Shown one piece after another: positions 51,373 to 64,000 of a stretch of DNA of 64,000 nt. The notes under the pieces were generated by a model. It saw only the letters and a program-made list of their open reading frames with translations. It was not told the origin of the DNA and did no database searches. Numbering within the stretch: position 1 is the stretch's first letter; each line of letters opens with the position of its first letter. The position numbers were made by a program, and so were the translations under genes. This DNA is from Podarcis filfolensis (Eukaryota), in NCBI GenBank assembly GCA_964270895.1, contig OZ185435.1; one strand, 5' to 3'.

Positions 51373-51697
51373 CTAGTATCCCCCTATCTACTTTGTAACC
51401 CCACTTCAACATAAGCTGCCAAGAAGAACTGGGTGCATTATGAGACACGTACAACTAATGCAAAACTGACTCTTTTAGACATCTGAAACGGAAATCCTTA
51501 ATAATAAATATTGTGAAAATTGACACCACTATGATTAGGACTCCCAAGCCCCAGGTAAAAAGGACATCAATGAAACAGGGAAATACCTGATTTGAGAATT
51601 TGAAGAGCTAAAGCAGGGTTGAGCTTTTTGGGCAAGATCACATATTTGATATTTTCGAACTATTTTTAAAGGAAATCGGCAAAAATGACTCTGCTGA

Positions 51698-51814
51698 CAT
51701 GGGTTGCCATACATCTGGATTTTCCTGGACATGTTGCTGATTTCCACCCGGACACTGCTTCCGACTGTAGTATTCCGGGTATGTCCAGGAAAGTCTGGAC
51801 GTATAGCAACCTTA
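51698..51814. mobile_element. hAT (Tip100-like) MITE
   Basis: Arms GGGTTGCCATACATCTGGATTTTCCTGGACAT / ATGTCCAGGAAAGTCTGGACGTATAGCAACC; degenerate TSD TCTGCTGA/ACTGCTAA. Confidence 0.75.
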
Positions 51815-51883
51815 ACTGCTAAAGATAAAGTTTAGTTGATTTTATTATTTATCTAATCGTGGCTAGTGACTGTTAGCTATCTC

Positions 51884-52030
51884 CAGTACTTTTTTTCTAA
51901 AAAAATGTTTAAGGGTACTCTCATTTTCCTACTCATATTGAAATACTGCCCCTCAATGAGGCCAAACGTAGATTCACAAAATGTTTAGGGGTATGCGTAC
52001 CCCTGCGTACTCCCAGAAGAAAAAGCACTG
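51884..52030. mobile_element. hAT MITE, 147 bp
   Basis: TIRs CAGTACTTTTTTTCT / AGAAGAAAAAGCACTG; TSD GCTATCTC/GCTATGCC (6/8). Confidence 0.78.
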
Positions 52031-52113
52031 GCTATGCCTCTTTAGGATTGGAAGAAAGAAAAATGAGATGAATTTTTATAAGTCATCCAATAAAAAACCC
52101 AGATACAAAATTT

Positions 52114-52514
52114 TGTGGAGTATTTGAGGAGATTTCACCCCTCCCATACCCAAGAATCTCATGATGATCTCTGCTGATTCTCCAGAGGAGGAGGCGTGTT
52201 CTGCTCTCTACTTATTCTGCTCCAGCACCACATCAGTCAGTTAGTCAGTGTGTTGGAGAGAGAAAGACTAAGTGTTAGAGATCGTGTGTATAGATAAGGT
52301 TGCTGCTACGAGCAGCTGCAGACACTCAGTGCAGTGCAGCATTCTTTATGCTTAGACCTCATTTAGCTCTGTATATAGTTTGTATGATAGTTGTAGATAG
52401 AATAAAGAAGTTATTCTACAGAGCTGCTCTCCAAGTCGTTTATACTCTGCTGTACTCTGCTATACTCTGCTGTGCGACGACTGTCTTCTTGTGGGAGTGA
52501 ATCCGGTGCTCACA
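52114..52514 (+). mobile_element. Probable solo LTR (~400 bp)
   Basis: TGTG...CACA termini, TATATA-like box (52353), AATAAAG (52401) and three 10-bp TATACTCTGC-type repeats. TSD is poor (AATTT/ACTCT). Confidence 0.45.
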
Positions 52515-55057
52515 ACTCTAAGCTGTGAGTCCACAGCACTTTGACCTGTTCCTGTGCAGAAGGTGGTCTCTGGAAGTGCTACCCAGCTCGCCTGGCCCAG
52601 TCGGGGCTGAAGTGTATGAGTCCAGTTGGTGACACTGGCTCAAGGGCGATGCTGACAGTATTTTCTAACAAAGTGTGCCTACAATGTAGCTTGGGCCTCA
52701 AAAAAAGGTACATGTGTTTTGCGACAGGAGCAGAGTACTATAATCTGCTTGTTTCAACAAGTTTGCACTTTTTACCCCAACATGGTAAACAGAAACTAAG
52801 AAAGTAATGTAAGAAAACTTTAGGGGGTATTTTTCTACCCCAAGCCAAATTCAAATGCTTCTTGAGGCAGTAAAATGTCCCCAAAATAAAGCTATGTGTG
52901 GTATATTTCAAAAGAAAAGTAGCTACCTACTTCTCTGGGTCAGTTCTCCCATTTGTAATATTCAGTTGGTTTACTTGGTACTGTAGGGTTTTTTTGCCCC
53001 AACCATTTTCATTTATTTATAGAAAGGAATCTGTAAATGGTAAGTGGCTGCAATTTGGGGACAGTGTTTACTTTGGGGGGGGGGAATACAGTGAAGGATT
53101 ACAGTATATGTTTACTTTTGTGAAAATTATGCAAACAAATGTGCACCAGAATTTCAACCCCTTTTTTCATATGAAACTTTAGTCTGCAATACTCCTGCTC
53201 ATTAGCATACCAACATTTATGAAATTCAAGATTCTGATTACAGAGTAAATTTAGAAACAAGGGTTGAAGTAGCCACATGAGCAAGATTCTTACATAAAGG
53301 AAAGGTAGAAAACTGTGCTTATTTAATATTCCACAATGCAAAGAGTTCTAAAACTGTAGATCATAGGTAAAGCCTACTTTAACACTGTACCAGTCTTTTG
53401 CTATACTAAATGAGGTAACATGTTACGGATTCTAACAAAAGACAATCATAACAGGCAAGCTCAACAACCTTCGGTGCCCTGGTTTTTACTTTCTGAAATA
53501 TGGCAACCCTACCCTAGAATTCTCAACTCAAATACATGTCTTCATAAATAGCATCGTTTCCAGGGATATATAGGCCTTGGGCTACAGTTTTTTAATATGG
53601 CAGAGAGCTACTCATGTTCTCCAAGATAACATCTTTGAAGTGTAGGAGTTAACACAAAATTTAATTAGCAGAAGCAGCAGCTCCTGCTTCTGCCTCCGGA
53701 CCGCAGCAAAATTAAATGCAGCTGGTAGGAGCTGAAATGCATTGAAGAAGTTTCAAGAGGAGGAATACTGCTGTCCTACAAAGACTAGTTTAGGGCTCCT
53801 TCAAGAGTATCAAGAATATCACAGCTAAGCATGAAAAACCCCCAAGTAACATACAAAGACATCTCCATATGTTGTGGATTCTGTAATGGAAAAAGTATTC
53901 TTGCCTTTAAAAGGAAACATTTTTGCAAGTGATTTTCCTCAACTTCCCCGTGGCAGCTAACATTGACACTATGACCAACTATATCACTAGCAGCATAGTA
54001 TTGAATTCCTCATCCATTACTAGTATGCCTTTCATTGTCCCTAGAAAAGTGTCTGAAAAACTAAAGTTTATCTGAACATATGTATTTTTTAATCCAGAGA
54101 ATTCCCAGAGCAACTCATTTACAAAACCAGTTAAAATTTGCAAGCAGTAAAATCAGTTTAGAACACAATAACAAAATAAGACATAATGCAAGAACTGCAA
54201 ACATCATAACCAGGAAAGGAGTTTTTCTGTGCTAAATAAACCTTCACCAAGGACAAAATCAAAAGTCAGGACAGCACTACTGAAATGGCCATATCTCCAG
54301 TCACCATCTCTCTTACCTATGGTATCCAGAGAAGAGCCTCCAAGACAGATCTTAATGCATGGGGAGGCTTGTGGGGGGAGGGGGGATTGGTACTTAAGAT
54401 ATCCAGGCCTCAAGGTCCTTGGGCTTTAAAAGTTAAAATCACCACTTTGAATCATTCTTGGAAACAGACCACTGACAAATTGTCCTGCATTAACTCCGTA
54501 TCACTCTTTACTGCCTGCCAAACAGCTGGATCTAGAACATCTTGTTTTCTGATGATTCTGCTAAAGAAGAATACTGTCCTACAATATGCAAATGCTTCAG
54601 ACTAGAAACTAATGTTAAGAATAAAGATGAAGAAAAATGTCTATCAATTTAAAATAAAATGAACATTTATTTTTAAAAACATATTGTAAAGTTGTGTAAG
54701 GAAAGACCTATTCTGGTTACAAACTTGTAAAATAAGACAGTCTTATCTTAGTTACACAGTATACCAAAATTATCACCTTAAGTTATATAAATAACAAGTC
54801 CAAATCGCTCTATATGATCATTTGCTCTGCAGAAAAGTCTACTTTAAAAACACTTTCATCCTTTGTTTCATGTTACTCACCTCTCAGTTCAGTTTCAGAG
54901 AGAGGACAGAAGTAACTTGTAAAACCTCTGTACGATACTGCAGACATTTAAGCAGTATGCAGGAGGGAAACTTGTATTTATGCTTGAGAACCAGAATGAA
55001 ATGCACACTCAATTGGTTTTACACACAAGGCAGAAAAACAAATTATAGGTCACAACT

Positions 55058-56222
55058 ATCACAGAATCTTAGAGTTGGAAGGGACATCAAGGGACATCTA
55101 GTCCAACCCCCTGCAATGCAGGAATCTCAGCTAAAGCATCCATGACAGATGGCCATCCAATCTCTGTTTAAAAACCTCCAAGGAAGGAGAGTCCACCACC
55201 TCTTGTGGGAGTCTGTTCCACCGATGAACAGCTCTTAGTGTCAGAAAGTTTTTCAGAATGTTTAGTCAGAATCTCCTTTCATGCAACTTGAAGCCATTGG
55301 TTTGAGTCCTACCTTCCTGAGCAGGAGAAAACAAGCATGATCCCCCTTCATGTGACAGCCCTTAAGCTATTTGAACATGGCTATCATATCTCCTCTTAGT
55401 TTCCTCTTTTTCAGGCTAAACATACCCAGCTCCTTCAAGTGTTCCTCATAAGGTTTAGTTTCCAGACCCTTGATCATCTTGGTTGCCCTCATCTGTACAT
55501 GTTCCAGCTTGTCAACATCCTTCTTAAATTGTGGTGCCCAGAACTGGACACAGTATTCCAAGTGTGGTCTGACTAAGGCAGAATGCAGTGGTACTATTAC
55601 TTCCCTTGATCTGGACACTATACTTCTGTTGATGCAGCCCAGAACAGCATTAGCTTTTTTTTGCTGCTGCATCACACTATTGACCCATGGTAAGCTTGTG
55701 GTCCACCAAGACCCCTAGATCCTTTTCACATGTACTGCTAGTAAGCCAGGTGTCCCCCATCCTATATTAGTGCATCTGGTTCTTCCGTCCAAAGTTACAT
55801 CTGTCCCTACTGAAATTCATTTTGTTAGCTTGCGCTCAGTTCTCCAATCTGTTAAGGTCATTTTGAATTCTGATTCTGTCTTCTGCTGCTTTAGCTACCC
55901 TTCCCCCCAGTTTAGTGTCATCAGCAAATGACACTAATGACATCAGCAAATGACACCCTCAATTCCTTCATCCAAGTTGAACAACAGACCCAGGACAGAA
56001 TGCTGCAGCACCCCACTTTTCACTTTTTTCCAGGATGACGAGGAACCATTAATGAGTTCTCTTTGGGTTTGGTCAGTCAACCAGCTATAAATCCACCTAA
56101 CAGTTACCTTGTTCAACCCACATTTTACCAGCTTCCTCACAAGAATATCATGGGGGACTTTTGCAAAAGCCTTACTGAAATCAAGATACACTATGTCCAC
56201 AGCATTTCTCTGATCCACCAAG
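55058..56222 (-). mobile_element. 5'-truncated CR1 LINE (RT C-terminal part + 3' tail), decayed
   Basis: Fragments VDIVYLDFSKAF.KVPH and [55 protein letters not shown]; 3' end TCTAAGATTCTGTGAT; frame broken. Confidence 0.95.
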
Positions 56223-56794
56223 TTTTTAATTCCACCAAAAAATGGTAATACCAATGGTGTTACCCCCGTCCAGCAGTCCAAATAGTCTTTAACACACACA
56301 CTGATTTTCCTAATAAGCAAAAACAAGCTAGCCAACTTAAGAAATTGGCTTCTACATAAGATTCATAGACTAGATGCTGTTTGTCAAAAACTGCAGTTTG
56401 GAAGTTGTACCACAAAAGTCTATCAAAGTTAAGATTCTTCAATATTGACAATGTATAACATAATTAATTTACAATTATGAAAAATACAATGGAAAAAGTA
56501 AAGATCCATATTAAAAGGTGGGGGGGGGGAACCCTATCAAAAATGAGAACCGGGAATTCAACAAAAGGCCCAAAAAGTACACAGTGCTGTAGAGTTGGTA
56601 CAGTACACTGGGTAAGAGACAAAGGGTGGAAACCAATATTGTGCCAGCAAAATGTTGGTTGGGGGGTTGCTGACGGCTGCAGGGTGAAGAAGTTTGTACG
56701 AGCTTAAGTCCATTCTGGAAGCAGGACACCACAACTGCATAGCTCCCTGAGCTATGAGTTAACCTTTGGATCAAACTTTACCCCTGCAATTACC

Positions 56795-56860
56795 TTTAGG
56801 CAAGTCACTATCTCTCGATCTCAGTTCCTTACCTGCAAGCTTGGGGTGATACTAACTTAT
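56795..56860 (+). mobile_element. MIR core fragment
   Basis: AGGCAAGTCACTATCTCTCGATCTCAGTTCCTTACCTGCAAG resembles MIR GGCAAGTCACTT..CTCTCTGAGCCTCAGTTTCCTCATCTGTAAA. Confidence 0.45.
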
Positions 56861-59800
56861 ATTATAGGATAAATAAAGTAAGTGGAGTGTTGTCAACATT
56901 ATGTAACTGGTTTAAGGTTCAATTCTTTCTTTTACTGCTCTCTTAATGTTGTTCTGTGATTTATAATGTTTTTAAAACTGTAAATAGCTTTGAAGTCACT
57001 TGTGACATGAAGTGGTATATAAGCGTATTTTTAATGATAATAATGGGCTACTGTTAAAGTGCACAAAATCTGAACATCACAATATCTTTGATTATAACCA
57101 AAACTGAATCTTCTGAATTTGACAACTGATATAGGATACAACTTAGGAGAATCCTTTATTTATTTATTTATTTATAAAACTTTCACTTGTTTTTGCATAA
57201 CACTAAAGAAACATGATATTTGAACACAGTAAGATCATTCAAGACAACAACAACAGCTTGGATCCTAAACAGCCTAATGTTAAGTTAATTGAAGGAGGCT
57301 GCTGAAGGAGGGGGAAATTGTCCAAAATCAGGCAGACTTCTATCTGATTTGGACCATCCTTCCTGAATAGCACCTCTTCAGCCCCAACCATCATTACCCA
57401 GATGGCTGCCCAGGTTAGGGATGGGGGTAGGATAGAACAGGTAGGAAAATATGCTTCTGTAAAGTTGCTTTAGTTAACTTGTATTATGATCCAAACTATT
57501 TTCATACTGATTGTTTGTGCACACATTCAAAACCGGATCTATGATGCACAAAAGAAGTCCTCTTCTGTACACTACAACTCTTTCCTTATTATCTCAAAAC
57601 CACCCTATTCTGTATTTTGAGAGGGTTCTGTTTATTGGATTGAGTGCCCCAACTGCATTGCTAGTATTATGTAAAATATAAATCCTATTAATACTTATTG
57701 AATGTGCCTGTAACACAGACTACTAATACATCCCCCGAGCCACATACCTCTACTATTTTCTAAACTTACAATTTACTTATTATCCTAAAAAGCTGAGTGC
57801 CTTCTCACTCCACTAGCTGAACACAAGAGCACAGCAGGATATTTTTTTGAAGTTCTAAATACGAGCAATGAACTTTGTTTTTAAAGAGCTTTCAAGCCAA
57901 GTTTTTTCTAAGCTCCAACTGAAGCATGCATACATGCTTAAAAAAACAAAACACCAAACAGTAACTTCAACCAAAAAGCAGCAGGGATTATACAGAGTGT
58001 ACCTGTCTAGCAACGCACAGAGATAAAAACTAGAAAAGCAGACTTTACAAGTCTTTTCAGTTTAAGCCTCCATAAATCTACTCCCCAGGCGAAACTGTCC
58101 CTGTCCCTCTGGCACAGCAGGGCGCACAGCAGCAGAGAGATTCCCCAGAGTTCTCTGAAAATTGCAGAGAACTGAAAGCAGCACCTTATATCAAGGTGGG
58201 CAGAAGATAGATGAGGCTCTATTACCTAACATGTGGGTGACTGGCAGCGTAAGTATAAAAGCTTAATCTCCCATCACTTTAAACAACTGCAACAAAAAAG
58301 GAACCCCCTTAAATTTGTTTGCTGAAGTGAAGAAATCTTGGGCAAGGAGGAGGACAAACTAGGAATGGATTTTTATGTGTAATGGCTCAGTTCTGCTACT
58401 AAAAACAACTTCCTTGATTGAGAATGGGCTTCGATACACTCTAGCTCAGTTCTAAGTGTATGTCCCCCACCCTGCCACAAATCTGCACCCGGCTCCAGTT
58501 GGTGAATGTAGGGTTTTGAGTAGACATTTATAGATTAGTACTAAGGCTCCAAACCTGCAGTCTACGTTGGATGTCTCCAATCTCATACTTTAAATGCATG
58601 AGGGAACTATGTTTTTTTCAAAGCTATGTTACTTGAGTTGTAAAAATAGCATTTGTGCTGTCTGTCATTTACATGAAAGGCATTTCCCTCACCTATTAGT
58701 TAGAACTAGAAACATCTTGTATGTATTTCCATCTCTTACGTTTGTTGAACTGGGTTATCTGTAATACATGTAATTGTTAGATTGTTAATGAAGCCACAAA
58801 GTACAAGTATTTATTTTAAGAACAGTTTAGAAAGGCACGTAAAGGAGTATATCCATCTCAAAATCTGTTTGGTATGCTAATTAGAGCCAGTTCATGAGAA
58901 CCGCAAAGCTCAACTATTTATTCACTCACAGCTGCAGAGAAGTGCAAACATAGTCTTGTTATTTAAACGTACTGTACAAGATTTTAAAAAATCTTTTGAC
59001 CATATTATTTCTTCTAAAATAAGCCTTTTTATGGGTAGTTTTGCACTGTCAACCCCCACATACTTTCTGAAATAAGCTAAAATCCACATGAAATAGTATA
59101 GTGCCATTACAGATAAGCAAACTGATCTCAAAGAATTCTGAACTCCCACACAACGCATTTCCAAAGCAGACTGTCCTTGCCTAGCAATGGGGAAAAGTAT
59201 CATTACAGTAGAGGAAAAATGGTTGTCGGATTAACTGCCTTTGAAGGCAATATACCTTCAAAGGCCCTATTGGCTGTGGGTCTTGGGGGACCTGCTCCCT
59301 GCCTTGCAGGCCTCTTCTGCCAAGCCTAGGAGGGTATGGCCCAGACTAACTGCAGTACAAAAGCTGAGACACCTGAATGGGCTCTTGGGTTGGGTATTGC
59401 TTAGTGGGTCTTGTTGTTATTATTATTACTCAAGTTGTTTTAAATGGTTTTCAACTTCTTTTTAACTTGGTTTAAATTTGGGGTTTTGTTGCTTTTAACT
59501 GAAAGACATGGGATGTGCCTGGGAAGAGATTAGTTGGGAAGAATGGGGCGGGGGGGGGCAATCACAGTGGTTCAGGGTAGGGGTTGTGGGAGACAGGACA
59601 GGCTAGGTAATAGACACGTGGCAATTAGTGACTGTGCCATGTGCCAGTCCCCTCTTCTAACCAGGGGAGTTGTCCTCTCAGTCAGTCCTCGGGTCTGCAG
59701 CTGCTGTTGCTGAATGCCAGGTCAACGGAGTAAGATCTCATTTACACATGATTTGACTGTGGATGAGGAGGCTGATCTGGTCTGTATGACTGTGACCTGC

Positions 59801-60951
59801 GTGGGTGAGCAGAGTTGAGTTGGTCTCATGCAGCTGTGCCCACCTGGATAGTCAGTGCAGCATCAGGGCAGACTTGAGGGTCGAGGAGGGGGAGCTGCTG
59901 TGGTCTATTCCACTTGTCCGGAACACCTACATTCCATGGCTTTTTATATGTGTTTGTGGGAAGGGGAGTTCTTGGTTTGGTTTTTGTTTTAATATGTTTC
60001 TGGTATTCTCATTTTTTTGATTTTCTGTTGTGAACTGCACTGGGATCTTCAGATGAAGGGCAGTATACAAATTGAATAAATAATAACCACAACAATAAAA
60101 CAAAATGAGAAAAACTAAGAGTTAACATGAAGTGAAATGCTACACTTGCACAGGAATACCATTTGAATGAATGAATACCTTGTATTGACATTGTTATTTC
60201 CTTGAAGGTGGCAGCTGCTAAAGCACCATCACTGGTGGCTGCATGTACAGCTATGAGAAGGTACCAGCTAAGGCAAACAGCACCCTCTCTGCAAGCCCAC
60301 CATAGCCTGAAGGAAGTCCTACACACTCCAAAACTGACTGTCCTGTGTGAACTGGTCCTAAGGTTCAAACTGTGTGTATGTGAAATGTATGAATATTCTC
60401 TAGATTTACTTCAAATGCATTAGTTACATAAAGAATAAGGCTTAGGGCAGTGAAGTTTCCAGTACAACAATTTGCTTTACCTTTTTGATATCTTAAGATA
60501 TGCTTTTTGTCCATTAAGACATTATCTATGCTACAGAAGAGATGCAACAGATTTTGCAAAGGCCCCCAGGCTACAAAAGTGTCTGACATTTATTGGGGGT
60601 TTCAATGTTCGATTTAATTTATGGCATTTGGGGACAAATTTCACTACTTTCTCTGAGTATAGGATACATTTTAAATCGCTTTCAAAATGAAAGTTGAAGT
60701 TATAGTTACAGTGGTTGAGTTAGAACAAATAATGTAACAGTCTGCAAGTAAACAAAGTAATTCTCTTGCTCACTGCTAGAAACTAAATCACTACAAGGCT
60801 AAAGGATGTAAGCGAAGATACTTCACAATCCACAAGGGTATCAACAAGAAATTCATAACCCATCCCTGTTACCAAAACAGAACAGCTTATACTGTACTAT
60901 AAACAAGCCTAGACAGGTACACTTGATTTTAAGTGTGAAAACTGTAAAATA

Positions 60952-61136
60952 ATAGAATCATAGAATTGTAGATTTGGAAGGGACTCCCCACAGGCAATCT
61001 GCCAAAGTGTAGGGCCTTACATTTGTCCCTACTGAAATTCATTTTGTTAGTTTTGGCCCAGTTCTCCAATTTGTTATGGCAATCGTGAATCCCTATTCTG
61101 TGGCAATAGCTATCCCTCCCAATTTGGTGTGGTCTG
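60952..61136 (-). mobile_element. Internally deleted CR1 fragment
   Basis: ATAGAATCATAGAAT tail abuts a segment matching 55789-55925 of the longer CR1 copy. Confidence 0.8.
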
Positions 61137-61501
61137 AAAGAGACAGGAGTGCTGCTCTATTGGCATTTCACCAAAATAAGAACAAAGACACAAGACAAAC
61201 AAATTACAATACCCCCAGGGGCACGCCAACGGATACTTAGTTATAGTGGGCAATGATCAACAGTAGGAAATACAAATAGAAAAATTTGAAGGAGTTCTTG
61301 AAGTCAATTATGTCCTTTTCACAAAATGCAAGTGCAGGTTGAGCTGATGTATATTTTATGAGTTGAGGACCAGAACTAACAGTGTATGCAACAACACCAT
61401 GAGAAAATGCACAAAAGGGTACATAATTGTGAACTCCATCCCTACAGGCCACTCAATAAAGCCTTACCTCTGCTATGAACTGTCTAGACTAGAACCTAGA
61501 G

Positions 61502-61638
61502 CAGGCATAGGCAAACTCGACCCTCCAGATGTTTTGGAACTATAACTCCCATCATCCCTGACCACTGGTCCTGTTAGCTAGGGATGATGGGAGTTGTAGG
61601 CCAAAAAACATCTGGAGGGCCAAGTTTGCCTATGCCTG
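61502..61638. mobile_element. hAT hairpin MITE (137 bp)
   Basis: TIRs CAGGCATAGGCAAACT / AGTTTGCCTATGCCTG; perfect TSD ACCTAGAG; loop inverted relative to the 44004 copy. Confidence 0.94.
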
Positions 61639-61689
61639 ACCTAGAGTGTAGATGGGCTAAGGAATGGATATGATCCCAGGAGAAGTCCC

Positions 61690-61810
61690 TCTCCCACCCT
61701 ACAATATGGTAGGGATAGTTACAGTGACTTACCCGTTGTAAGGATAACTAGATAATGCATATGAAGTGCTATGAACACAAGGAACACTATGCAAATGTTA
61801 TGTATTATTT
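61690..61810 (+). mobile_element. MIR 3' fragment
   Basis: TTGTAAGGATAACTAGATAATGCATATGAAGTGCT...AAATGTTATGTATTATT resembles MIR GTTGTGAGGATTAAATGAGATAATGCATGTAAAGCGCTT...AAATGTTAGCTATTATT. Confidence 0.55.
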
Positions 61811-62161
61811 ATGAAGGAGGCCTCTCATGCTTTTGTCAAATGATCAAGAGAAAAAATGGAGGTGGGAGAAGCTTTTTCTGCAATGTCATTAGGCCATTTG
61901 ATGAGCAACCAAGAAGTAAATGGAAGATACCTGAATGAAGCAGGTAATCTAATCTTGAAGAAGAATGCATAGCAGTTATTTTGCTATGAATATTCTAAAC
62001 AATTCTGGATAGGTCTCCCCATCCCTTGCCTACTGAAATCCTGTGAAGTTCAGGTGAGGTGGAGTAGATGGTCCAAAAATAAATTAATGCTATATATCCA
62101 TATTGGAAGGTGGCACAAGATTAAGGTCAAATGCAAGTGAAGGTTAGCCAATTGACTAGAG

Positions 62162-62862
62162 CAGAGGTTTTCAACCTTTTTGAGTTCACGGCTCCCTTTA
62201 CCAAGTACATTCTTTCTGCGGCACCCTTGTGGGGCTCAGGAGCCCAGTTATGTCACCCCTTGCCTGCAGGGCTATCAGCCTTTCATCATTTTTCAAACAC
62301 CCTACCTTGTGGACTGTTCCCTCAGCTTCCTCTCCTCTTCCCTTGGTCTCTGAGCTGCCCCCACCCCAACCAGAGACTGGCCAAAGTTGAACGTGAGGCC
62401 AACACCTTACCTTGGGAGGCAGCAACAGGTGCTGCCAGACCTGCGTGGCAAAAAGGCTCCCCTTCAGCACCAGGCACTCAGCTCCAAGGCAGGCCTTTCA
62501 CACAGCAAACAAATAAAAGGCCAGCACAGTGCCTGCCTGTCTCCCACTTGTCTGTCCATTCCCAACAGCAAGGGCTGGTGGGCTAGGTGGCTGGGCTCCC
62601 TTGCCCACTTGCCTGCTTACTCCGAGGCCGCCTCAGCTCCTGGCAACCAGCACCTCCTGGCCAGCCCCAGAGGCACCATTAACCCGTGGAGCTTGTAGTC
62701 AGGGCTGCTGCAACAAACAGCTGTGCAAGCCTTTGGGAGGCAGAGACACAAGAGGGCATCAGAGGGAAGGAAAGAGGGAAAGAGGCCAGTGTTGCTCGCA
62801 ACACCTCTGACCATCATTCAAGGCACCCCAGAGTGCCATGGCACACTGGTTGAAAAACACTG
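62162..62862. mobile_element. Non-autonomous hAT (Charlie-like), 701 bp
   Basis: TIRs CAGAGGTTTTCAACC / GGTTGAAAAACACTG; TSD GACTAGAG/GACTAACG (6/8); no transposase ORF. Confidence 0.82.
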
Positions 62863-62877
62863 GACTAACGATTTAGT

Positions 62878-62963
62878 CTGCAATCCTTTACACACTTTTG
62901 GGAGTAAGTCCCATTTAATTCACTAAGACTTATTTCTGTGTAGACATGCATAGGATTGTGCTG
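62878..62963. mobile_element. ~86-bp short dispersed element (MITE-like)
   Basis: Homologous to 16358-16443. Confidence 0.55.
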
Positions 62964-64000
62964 TTAAGGTAATTCTGAGTTGATTTAGTGTATTGTTCAT
63001 AGGAATAGCAAATACCTTCCTCCAGTTAAGAAAGAATAGACTTACATGTTCAATAAGGTTTTATTAAATTCCCCCAGTGATGCTTTGAAAGGATATAAAA
63101 TGGAATCTTCCAGTTAGTGTTAAGTCAGTGCAAATCTCAAGACTTACTCATACTGAGGCATGCCTCATTCGTTTATGCATTATTCAGTTGTCCATCACTT
63201 TCCGGTGGTAATTTTGCAAGCAATAAAGCTAAAACCTCACACTTATTTGAATGCAACCCCCACTGAACTCTGGCTTATTTCTCCCAGATAATTGAGTATA
63301 AACCTTTGCTGTCACTGTAACTGCACTACTGGTTTTAAAAGGAGCTGCTATGATCAGATGTATCATACTTTACACCTTCTGAAATGGCACCAATTCAAAT
63401 TCTATAAAATAGCATTTTTATTACATTTGCAGGTCATCCCACAGCATACTCAGGATGGCGCACAATAAAGAAGGTAAAAACTGAAACACAAAGTTATGAT
63501 GTAAAGAAAGGGAGGTACAAAAATAAAACAGAACTCAAAACACTGCCCCCCTAGCCAAGAGCAAGATTTTTAAAAGATGGCCAGACTATTCACGTTATTT
63601 ATTAAAACAAAAATTAAAAAATAACCTGTGTAAAAAGTAGGGCTGGGTGATATCTGCTTTTCAGTATCATGATATATCACCAGATAAACACTGTGATTCT
63701 GAGATATCACAATGTCTTAAGTAAGGATGGAACTACAGTATATAGAGATGAGAAGGGAGACAGACACAAGGGAGATGCAGACACAGAAGGGGAGATGGGA
63801 GGAAAGAGGCTTAAACAACAGGGCAAAGTTTATTTTTATGTCATGGCCGATGGTATCAAAGGCCACTGAGAGATCCAGCAGAACTAGGAAACAGCTTTCA
63901 CCTCTGTCCCTAGCCTGGGGGCCCGTCAGAGATTATCGACCAGCGCGACCAAGGCAGTTTCAGTCCCATAATGAGTCCTGAATCCATACTGGAAGGGATC

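Noticed and set aside
58149-59265. Short perfect hairpins at 58149-58173 (9 bp) and 59237-59265 (11 bp)
   Set aside because: Too short to distinguish from chance or TE remnants.
62131-62926. Several ORFs inside the 701-bp hAT element as a possible transposase
   Set aside because: No BED finger, DDE or hAT dimerisation motifs; the element is non-autonomous.
63638-63715. TAGGGCTGGGTGATAT, a possible hAT left end
   Set aside because: I identified no matching right TIR or TSD.

Overview
Vertebrate genomic DNA, most likely a squamate (lizard); the lacertid-like call is inferred only from recalled transposon families. 1-27379 (+): 3' part of a gel-forming mucin, most likely MUC5B. It comprises the tail of the giant central exon (>=8 near-identical 885-bp CysD+PTS units plus one terminal canonical CysD) and 19 downstream exons (pre-D4 Cys-rich region, VWD4, C8, TIL, VWC-like modules, cystine knot) that all join in frame with GT-AG junctions. 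36870-51276 (-): TOLLIP coding exons 2-6, tail-to-tail with the mucin as at human 11p15.5; exon 1 lies beyond the window. There is a 173-N gap at 32534-32706. Introns and intergenic DNA carry many hAT and Tc1/mariner MITEs with intact TIRs/TSDs, SINE, MIR, L2 and CR1 fragments, and a probable solo LTR. I see no wholly new gene system. The best leads are the homogenised CysD-PTS array with a divergent amplified CysD, loss of the VWD4 GDPH site with a one-codon deletion, a displaced 41-bp copy of the TOLLIP exon-3 acceptor, a strong intronic CTCF motif, and hairpin MITEs that share a core but differ in their TIRs.
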